From Eledone cirrhosa (taxonomy: Eukaryota), in NCBI GenBank assembly GCA_964016885.1, contig OZ024762.1, positions 11,408,001-11,472,000 of the forward strand: a stretch of DNA of 64,000 nt, given 5' to 3'. A model generated the notes under the pieces. It was given only the letters and a program-made list of their open reading frames with translations. It was not told the DNA's origin and ran no database searches. This document shows positions 55,528 to 64,000 of this stretch, piece by piece (position 1 is the stretch's first letter; each line of letters begins with the position of its first letter). Both the position numbers and the translations under genes were made by a program.

Positions 55528-56189
55528 ATGGCATAGGTTAAGAATAACGTCCTCGAAATTGAAACTAGGTTTTCTGACAAGTGAATGTGTCTGTTTGTTT
55601 TTTTACAATGAAATTTACGATACACTCTTTGTTTATTTACAACAGGTCTCTATAGTGATATGGTGTTAATTAGTATTGCGTGTGTGATTATTTTCTCTTA
55701 TATATATATGTGTGGGTGTGTATATGTGTGTATATATATGTGTGTCTGTATGTATATATATATGTGTGTTTGTATATATATGTGTGTTTGTGTCATCATC
55801 ATCGTTTAGATGTTTTTACCCAAATCCCTTATCATTCTCTGTCCTTCTTATGACCCGGCCTTAATTTGTTTATAGTTGGTGCCAACTTTGGCAAGATATT
55901 ACAAAAACATCTAAATGATGATGATGACACAAACACATATATACAAACACACATATATATATACAGACAGACGCATATATATACACACATATACACACCC
56001 ACACACATATATATATATAAGAGAAAATAATCACACACGCAATACTAATTAACACCATATCACTATAGAGACCTGTTGTAAATAAACAAAGAGTGTATCG
56101 TAAATTTCATTGTAAAAAAAAAAAAAAACACATTCACTTGTCAGAAAACCTAGTTTCAATTTCGAGGACGTTATTCTTAACCTATGCCT
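55528..56189. repeat. Long foldback: ~290 bp near-perfect inverted arms with an ~85 bp spacer
   Basis: ggcataggttaagaataacgtcctcgaaattg...tttagatgttttt (55528-55817) mirrored by aaaaacatctaaa...cgaggacgttattcttaacctatgcc (55903-56188). Confidence 0.9.
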
Positions 56190-56689
56190 ATATATATATA
56201 TATATATATATATTCAGAGAGACTGTTGTTTAACCAGGGATCAGCTCTGCGTATCGAAGATGATAAATGTACACAGTATCCTTCAGTACGGTTTTTTTTT
56301 AGGAAGATTTGGCTGCTATTTCTAGGGAAAGTACCTATGCGATCCTCTCAACAAACTAGAAATAGCAGACAATTCTTCCTAAAAAATAAATACCCAAATG
56401 TCTTTAAATACATATAAAAGATAACTCATGAAACTTACTTTGGATGTATTCCGTCACAACAGCACATTCAACTTCCCAGCATCTTGTATAGGCAAAGGTA
56501 AGTAGGTATATCCATTTATAAATGTCTATATATATATATATAGCAGTTCAAAATCCGATAATCCAGAGGCTGGTTAATCCATGGTAATCCGTATCCTAGG
56601 TAATTATGCATAAATGAAACAAACTCAGGTATGGAAAAATATTAGGTTCACGCTTGGAAGAGTGTTTGAGTTTTAACAGGCTAATCGTT

Positions 56690-56935
56690 TAATATATGTA
56701 TTTGGTACTTAGACATCACTGCATCTCTCCAACTTAGGAGATGATCCTCGGATTTCCCTCCAAATACTCGGCCTCACTTTCACTAAGGATCTCTCGTGAA
56801 ACGTACATTATTAAACATGGCTGTAACTGCTTTTAACAGACTGGCTCTTCCCTACAACTTAGTTAGATAAGGATTAAATTATGTCCAAGACAAATAGAAG
56901 AAAACGATTTATATAGGAATGTTGGGACTTCCCGC
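56690..56935 (+). repeat. Diverged paralogue of the central part of array block C
   Basis: actgcatctctcca...ccaaatactcggcctcactttcactaaggatctctc...aaacatggctgtaact...aaggattaaatt aligns by eye with 23335-23660. Confidence 0.8.
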
Positions 56936-57032
56936 TACTGATTTCTTTTAGGTAAGCTAACATTGCCACCGGTGATATGGAGGCTAAATCGCGGAATAAC
57001 CAAGTATCTTCACTAGGAGCATCAACTGATAC

Positions 57033-57118
<86 letters not shown>

Positions 57119-57186
57119 GGGCACAGTATACAGAGAATGCGTACGTGTGTATATGTAATTATGGTGCTGCTGGCATGATGAATTGC

Positions 57187-57612
57187 TCCCAGTACAATCG
57201 AGTGTGGCCCGTCATAAAACGGATAATTGTGTAAGTGTTTATTTTTCTCATTGTGATTTCTATCAAGTAATTTTATTTGGGTTAAAGATAATGATTTTGT
57301 TGTAGTTTATTTTGTTTATCTCGGATGTTGGGAAAAGACAAGAGAGTCATTGACAGTGGTATGTTCTATGGGATATCTACCTCTAACACAAGGGTAAATT
57401 GTAAAACCATCAGGTCTATAACAATCAACTATTAATATTCCAGCTTTTTCATTTCATAGAATTGCTGCTAATGTATGTTATTATTAGTTTTAAGGAGTTT
57501 TAAACTGGTTCTGTACAACTCAACAGACGACAGTTGACTACATAAGACTTATTTTGGTTATCTCCCCTTGACTACATTTGAACCAAATATCTGCACACAC
57601 GCATTTATCTTC
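57187..57612 (-). repeat. Diverged inverted paralogue of the B/C junction element ('family X')
   Basis: The reverse complement matches 22605-23048 (aaatgcgtgtgtgcagatatttgg...tcaaggggagataacc...ttttatgacgggccacactcgattg). Confidence 0.85.
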
Positions 57613-57764
57613 TAATATTGTGTTTTATGTATTAAATAATAAATTCATTATATATGATGTCAGGTATATAATATAAAAGGTCATTATTATGACATCTTTT
57701 ATTATTTGCAACCTATAGTGAACACTGCACCTGAGCACTGTACACAATAATTTCATTATTATTA

Positions 57765-57858
57765 TAACTTTGCCTTTCATCCTTACGGGGTCGATAAAAT
57801 AAAGTACCAGTAATTCACTGAGTAATTGCTGGCCTTGTGCCAAAAGTAGAAACAATTA
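57765..57858 (+). mobile_element. SINE 3' fragment
   Basis: aactttgcctttcatccttacggggtcgataaaataaagtaccag...ggccttgtgccaaaagtagaaacaatta. Confidence 0.8.
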
Positions 57859-58125
57859 TTATTATTACTATACTTCAAATAGTGGACAAACGGATTAGTG
57901 TAGGAACAAAAAATAGATAAGGATATTCTTAATAGAATATTAGTCTAATGATTTTTTTTATCGCATAAATTCTTTGCAAGAAATTATTCTTATCGCTCCA
58001 TATAACGACGTAATTATCCTTGCATATGTTTCGTCCATTGCCAGAGAATGTTTTCATGAACCAAAGAACCGTCTTCCTGTTTTCCTTTGGTTGTAACGGT
58101 TTTTTTTTAAATTTACTTCTGCGTC

Positions 58126-58205
58126 TACAGATTGATTTTTCTCAGTTTCAGAAGATCCCGTAAAAGGGTGAAAGCAGCGATTCTTTGCTTAAACTTTAAT
58201 CTGTA
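58126..58205 (+). ncRNA. Candidate type I hammerhead ribozyme with a variant core
   Basis: Distal stem I TACAGATTGA/TTAATCTGTA; bulge TTTTTCTC; proximal stem I AGTTT/AAACT; core CAGAAGA; stem II T-CCC-GTAAAA-GGG-T; GAA; stem III AGCA/TGCT; NUH = CUU. Predicted cut after 58190. Confidence 0.55.
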
Positions 58206-58384
58206 CTTATAATATATATATATATGTGAAGATTAAGGCCATAATCTAGTATCTTAGAGCGTTTTATTAAATGTGTCATTACGTATATACGCCAATATAT
58301 GTATGATGGACTCTCTCGTCGTACTTCCACGTATGAGGGTTCGACAGTCTTCTCGGTTCGATTTTTTTATGGTTATACCTTAAA

Positions 58385-59355
58385 TGGCATAATGGCATTT
58401 CAGTCCAGCTGCTGATTTACACACCAGGCCACATTTATTGCAAATGACAGGATTTGGGGCAGATCAGGATGGAATATTTGATCAGATCTTGGTGTTAGAT
58501 CTTAGATCATGAAGATGAACCAGACGAGATTTTTCAAAGTTCTTTCTACCTTCATGGCGGGCAGTTCTCCATTTTCCACAGTCAGTAGCTATGGCTTCAA
58601 AAGGAGTGAGAAATATGTTCACAGATTTAAGATTGTACCTTACCTTGTCCTTTGATCTGAGTAATGGTTTGCCTACACTATGTGGACCATTATGAAGTTG
58701 ACTATACTTCAGTACCTTGGGTGTGTAGTCGTCAGTCATCAGTAAAACATGACCAGCCCATCTGAGATGGAATTGTATCGGAAATAACTCAATTCCACTG
58801 ATGTTTCAACTCGTGAAGAGACCGGCATTGGAGATTCTGTCAGAAAGTGCATAACCACAGATAGACCGAAGACAATGTTTGTGGAAGACACCGAATTTAT
58901 AAATGTGGGTACGGTAAAATGTCCATGTCTCCGAGCCATATAAGTGTTGTCAGTACCACTACATTATAAACTGCAATTTTTGTTGTCAGGAATATGCCTC
59001 TGATACTCCATAGACAATGAGGTAGTTTGCCAAAGGCGTCATTTGTTTTAGAGATGCGATTAACGATCTCATCCTCCAGAGATGCAGTGTTCTTCACCTT
59101 GCTACCAAGGTAAGTAAACAAGTCCACATACTTCAGATTCTAGCCATCAACGGTGTTGGGAACATGAGGATGCCCATGCCTTCCTTGTTTTCCTTGCCCA
59201 ACATCTTCTTGTCTGGGGGTGGGGGCTTTGTTGATGTACCACCTCAGTCTTCTTAATGCTGGTTGTTCAACCAAATACTTTGCAGGCAAGCAAGAAGCGA
59301 TTCTTCAGTTTTTATCTCTTCAAAGGATGTTGTAACAAGTGCAGCAGCATCTGCA
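58385..59355 (-). mobile_element. Decayed RTE/BovB-type LINE, 3' half
   Basis: VDLFTYLGSKV...LEDEIVNRISKTNDAFGKL..LW...GIFLTTKIAVYNVVVLTTL, then RWAGHV..MTDDYTPKVLKYSQL..G.P.LRSKDKVRYNLK, and a terminal CGLVCKSAAGLKCH zinc knuckle; frameshifted. Confidence 0.9.
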
Positions 59356-59360
59356 AGTAA

Positions 59361-59412
<52 letters not shown>

Positions 59413-59596
59413 TAACTGTGTGTCTACTCTGGGATTTTACATAACTTTAACTATTGAGTACGCTGAGATGCAACCAGTCCTAGCAGTGAAGCCCGTGCTA
59501 TTCCCGTCAACCTATATATATATATATACTCTATTGAATATACGTTTATATATATATATATATTAATTCAAAATATTAATAAATGGAGACATTCAC

Positions 59597-59658
<62 letters not shown>

Positions 59659-59663
<5 letters not shown>

Positions 59664-59885
59664 ATAATAATAAAATTGAAGACTAAAATCCAGAGAGGGT
59701 TCGATAAGGAAAATATATATCAAATATATAAGAACCGTAGAGCAAATATTTATTAAAATAACAGATTAAAGTTTAAGCAAAGAATCGCTGCTTTCACCCT
59801 TAACGGGATCTTCTGAAGATCTTCAGAAGATCCCGTTAAGGGTGAAAGCAGCGATTCTTTGCTTAAACTTTAATCTGTTATTTTA

Positions 59886-59893
<8 letters not shown>
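59659..59893. mobile_element. Second palindromic Penelope-like terminal fragment, inside (TA)n
   Basis: Perfect spacer-less 148 bp palindrome at 59746-59893 (centre 59819/59820), plus an ~87 bp extension matching the reverse complement of 55388-55479. Confidence 0.7.
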
Positions 59894-59928
<35 letters not shown>

Positions 59929-59929
59929 C

Positions 59930-59975
<46 letters not shown>

Positions 59976-60069
59976 GTATGAGGCAATAGTCTGGAATCAT
60001 ATCATTTTATTACGTCACTATATATATAAAGAGGAAAATGTGAAGTTAAGGATGATATGGGTCCTTTAT

Positions 60070-60450
60070 TAATTGAGCAGTTAAACCCATCACTAAAGGG
60101 TTGATGAAACATCGCCCCCCATGGATATACACAATCGCCAGCAACTTAAACATGTATGTATATATGCTGCGTTTTTTGTCTGTATGATGCCAATCGCTGG
60201 TGCTGGTACCACAACGAATCACTCCGGGTTCAATAAATCCAAGAGTACAAATACATTCTGTGCGTAGCCGTGGAAAATATATTTTCAATTAAGTCGGCCT
60301 CCATGAAGCATAAGGTAGACTATTTTCAAAAGAGTCACACCATCGTAAGTCAGGGTTAAGTAATCATATTGATGGCCTCTCCCTGACAGCCCCAGCGGAC
60401 AGAATGGAGAAGTCGTTTTCATGGAGGATGGTAAGGGAGATGCGCTCCGG
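60070..60450 (-). mobile_element. Probable decayed Helitron Rep-helicase fragment (Rep-Hel linker region)
   Basis: Minus-strand frames give, in order, RLLHSVR/GAV, YDYLTLTYDGV, CFMEA, PRLRTECICTLGFIEP and DSLWYQH. This resembles the Helitron pattern LLxxVxGxTSFxDLRTVDG...EA...PxxLRxLFxxILxFxxPxDPxxLWxxH. Heavily frameshifted. Confidence 0.45.
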
Positions 60451-60480
60451 GTATGAAAGGAGTTATTTTCGGGGTGTAAA

Positions 60481-60900
60481 TTTTTATATAGGTAAAAAAT
60501 ATTTATAATACTGTGGTAGTTTTATAAAACATTTTATTTCTGTCGTTTATTTTGTTAATCTCGGTTGTGGGGAAAAGACAAAAGAGTCACTGATAATAGT
60601 GTGTTCTATGGGGTTTCTCCCTCTAACACAAGGCTCTCACTAATATCTATTAATTTTCCAGCTTTTCCGATCCATAGAATTACTGCTAATGTATATTGTT
60701 ATTAGTTTTAAGGAGTTTTAAACTGGTTCAACTCAACAGATGACAGTTGACTACGCAAGACTAAAACTGATTATCTCCCCTTGACCATATTTGAACCAAA
60801 TATCAGCACACACGCATTTATCCTATGAATAGTTTTTTTCCTCTTCGTTCAACCAGGCTTTGTCGTTATTTACTTTTATGTATTAGGAAAACATGTTCGC
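60481..60900 (-). repeat. Further diverged inverted paralogue of 'family X'
   Basis: tttttatataggtaaaaa...ttttatttctgtcgtttattttgttaatctcgg...aaggagttttaaactggttc...ttatctccccttgac...gcacacacgcattt is the reverse complement of 22520-22975. Confidence 0.85.
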
Positions 60901-61210
60901 TTTATGTTCTTATACACACATCCATGCATTACTCTATATTTACTATTGTATTTTCACAGTAAAGGCTTTACCTCACATAACATTTACATTGCTCTATATA
61001 TACTATTATATTTTCACAGTAAAGGCTTTACCTCACATAATTATCTCACATAATATTGAATCTATGCGATTTTGATATTATTTATTTTGAGAACAATATA
61101 CCTTAACGTTGATATGCGCATAGGGTTAAGCTGCCTGCGGGCAAATTAGCAACTGTATACCTCTAAATCATTAGATCTATACCTCTAAATCATTAGATCT
61201 ATACCTCTAA

Positions 61211-61405
61211 CCCTTTAGCATTTACATTACTCTATATTTACTATTGTATTTTCACAGTAAAGGCTTTATCTCACATAATATTGAATCTATGAGATTTTGA
61301 TATTTATTCCGAGAACAATACCATAATGTCAGTATGAGTGGCTAGTTTGAACAGAAAGAGGTGAGAGAATTCTGGCCGGATACAGCCGGTTTAAATGCTA
61401 AAGGG
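61211..61405. mobile_element. piggyBac-type MITE flanked by CTAA/TTAA; partial copies at about 60925-61130
   Basis: CTAA|CCCTTTAGCATTTA...TAAATGCTAAAGGG|TTAA, same family as 1518-1722. Confidence 0.85.
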
Positions 61406-62084
61406 TTAAATCGTTAGATCTGTACTCCTCGCTGCACCCCCAACGCCACAGGACTTTGAAGAGATATCTGCACTAGAAAATCAAAGCAACATCTGCTTGT
61501 GCTACACACATGCAGCCTTCTCAGTACCAGTAGTCAGCTGTAAAATCATCGGTTGGTCTATCAATTGCAGATTTTTCAGTGTCTTTCTCTCAAAACAAAA
61601 CAAGTAGCAGCAGCAGTCATAGGTTTTCGCAGGTAAATAATAAATAGGTTAAATAAATAAATAAGATAAAATGAAATTTTAAAAAAAGAATTATTTAAAA
61701 ATTAAAAAATACACACATGCACACTAACAATTCCACACACTCCCACATATACATATATACACACCCACTCATTATATACGCAATAGGACAATGTCACTGG
61801 TCCGAGATCTTTAGCGTCACGCAATAATAGAGAAGACCCCTTGTACAAAGCGAAACCTCCAGTCAGTAGACACCTCTTAACCTAATATACACCCCACCCC
61901 ACTACCCCTACCCCATCCTCCTACTCCCTCCAACACCACCCTCTCTCTGTAAAGTTATGTTGGTACCACAACATCCAGTCCAAACTAAGGAGGTAGTGTA
62001 GGTGTCACGACAAAAAAAACACACAGTCCGCACTGTAATGTGGCCGTGTAGGTAACACAGTAAAAAGTTCCCAGTTCCACACTG

Positions 62085-62261
62085 TAAATGTGGTTGGTGT
62101 TAGGAATGGCATCCAGCCATAGGAAACCTGGCAGATATAGTCCTATATACGAACGATACACGGTCACTCGACCAATCTTGCCTCAAGTGGGACAATTCCT
62201 GTCTAACCCATGCTAGCGTGGAAGATAGACGTTAAACGATGATGATGATGATGATGATGAT
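62085..62261 (+). mobile_element. RTE-tailed non-autonomous retroposon 3' end
   Basis: ggttggtgttaggaatggcatccagccatag...cccatgctagcgtggaagatagacgttaaacgatgatgatg; a related reverse copy lies at 62905-63040. Confidence 0.65.
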
Positions 62262-62460
62262 ATATATACAATTTTATGTCCAATTTTTTTTATACTTGCA
62301 AGGATTACTATGGAGGAATCATGAACCCCAGATAGTTTGCCTCAAACTTCTGCTGCTGCTGCTTAATGCTGACTAAAATGTTATGGTTGGCTCATTGGTA
62401 AGTTCCTTGCTTCTTGGCAACAAACGTATGTATTGCATTTGTACTTTTATTATAGTCTAG

Positions 62461-62652
62461 GTGGATTGGCAGTGTCGGTAGTGTCAGACGCCATGCTTTA
62501 CAGCAAAATAGTTACGGCCCTTTATGATCTGAGTTCAAATCCCGCCGAGGTTAACTTTGCTTTGCCTTTCATCCTTACGGGGTTGATAAAATAAAGTACC
62601 AGTAATGTACTGGGTAATTACTGGCCTTGTGCCAAAAGTAGAAACAATTATA
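62461..62652 (+). mobile_element. Full-length tRNA-derived SINE
   Basis: A box tggcagtgtcgg, B box gagttcaaatcc, conserved core gcctttcatccttacgggg, tail agaaacaattata. Confidence 0.85.
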
Positions 62653-62659
62653 GTATATA

Positions 62660-62845
62660 TATAATTGTTTCTACTTTAGGCACAAGGCCAGCAATAACCC
62701 AGTGCATTACTGGTACTTTATTTTATCGACCCCGTAAGGATGAAAGGCAAAGTCAACCTCGGCGGGATTTGAACGCAGATTGTAAAGGGACGTAACTATG
62801 CTGGAAGGCATGGCGTCCGACCCTCTACCGATACTGCCAATCCAC
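62660..62845 (-). mobile_element. Full-length tRNA-derived SINE, tail-to-tail with the previous copy
   Basis: Reverse complement of the same family; only about 7 bp separate the two tails. Confidence 0.85.
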
Positions 62846-62866
62846 TGTATATATATATATAATGAA

Positions 62867-62907
<41 letters not shown>

Positions 62908-63094
62908 TCATCATCATCATTTTACGTCCGCTTTTTCCCTGCTTGCAAGGGTGGGACGGGAACTGATTCTGGCTTGATTTCTACAGCTGGATGCCCTTCC
63001 TAACACCAACCTCATTTTACAGTGAGTGATGGGTGCTTTTTCGCCGTGGCACCTCCACGACCACTTTGCAGTGGAATGATAGGGACCCCAGTCC

Positions 63095-63244
63095 CTATCA
63101 TCTCATTTCTACAGCTGAGTAAACTGGAGCAATGTGAAATAAAGTGTCTTGCTCAAGGAAACAACACATCACCTGGTCTGAGAATTGAACTCACAACCTT
63201 TCGATTGCAATGCCAATGCTCTAACCACTAAGACATGTGCCTCC
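63095..63244 (-). mobile_element. Different tRNA-derived SINE fragment
   Basis: agctgagtaaactggagcaatgtgaaataaagtgtcttgctcaagga...gaattgaactcacaacc...ctctaaccactaag (reverse A and B boxes). Confidence 0.65.
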
Positions 63245-63274
63245 ATATATATATATATATATATATATTTATAT

Positions 63275-63309
<35 letters not shown>

Positions 63310-63546
63310 ATATTTATATTATATATATATATTTATATTATATATATATATTATATATATATATATATATATTTACATTATATATATATATTATATATAT
63401 ATATATTTATATATATATTTATATTATATATATATATATATATATATTTATATTATATATATATATATATATATTTATATTATATATATATATATATTTA
63501 TATTATATATATATATATATTTTATATTATATATATATATATATTA

Positions 63547-63582
<36 letters not shown>
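63245..63582. repeat. Interrupted (TA)n microsatellite
   Basis: Directly visible. Confidence 0.95.
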
Positions 63583-63587
<5 letters not shown>

Positions 63588-63916
63588 ATACTTGGGGAGG
63601 GTCATATTGTTATAATAATATTGCCAGAAATAATAACAGGACACACTCACTGTTTGGTTGGTTTTCGCTTCTGTATCTTTTATATCTCCAGAGTTAATTC
63701 ATTTGGCAATCAATGTTTATCATTGACTGACCAACGGTCAAAAATACAGATATAATTATATACATATATAGTCTATCAAAGTTCTTTCGTTGCACATCTG
63801 CAACATCACCAGTGGTCCTATTATCATGTTCCCTCCTATTGTTTTGTAATGTTTACCAACCAAACAGTGAGTGTGTTCTGTTATCATAACAATATGACCC
63901 TCCCCAAGTATAACAA
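63583..63916. mobile_element. MITE-like element with ~60 bp inverted arms
   Basis: ttgttatacttggggagggtcatattgttat...ataacaggacacactcactgtttggttggt versus accaaccaaacagtgagtgtgttctgttatcataacaatatgaccctccccaagtataacaa. Confidence 0.7.
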
Positions 63917-64000
63917 CATTTGTTTCGACACACGATTACATATCAAAACCCTTGCAAAACAAAAATATATATATATATCATCATCATCATCATCATCACC

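Noticed and set aside
62461-62550. tRNA gene
   Set aside because: A and B boxes are present but there is no cloverleaf, and the sequence continues into a SINE body and tail.

Overview
AT-rich, microsatellite-laden animal genomic DNA; the SINE/MITE/LINE types and (TA)n density suggest an octopus or other coleoid cephalopod (inference). There is one clear protein-coding gene: RBM15/spenito (3 RRM + SPOC) on the minus strand, with an uninterrupted ORF at 13913-16369. It has a YY1-type promoter motif, two tandem uORFs (the second stops on the main ATG), and a probable spliced 3' UTR reaching about 2.5 kb. Positions 20981-55102 are a ~34 kb composite higher-order tandem array. It is built from three transposon-derived blocks: A x9, B x17 and C x8 plus one partial, forming alternating ~1.62 kb and ~2.3 kb units. 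All short ORFs repeated in the array are LINE debris or chance ORFs. The right flank (55.2-64 kb) is rich in inverted repeats. It includes three loci of a Penelope-like terminal sequence that folds into a type I hammerhead ribozyme with a non-canonical core (CAGAAGA...GAAA, CUU site), two of them as head-to-head palindromes inside (TA)n tracts. It also holds a BovB-type RTE LINE fragment, a probable Helitron fragment, SINEs and piggyBac-type MITEs. All calls were made by eye, with no database searches.
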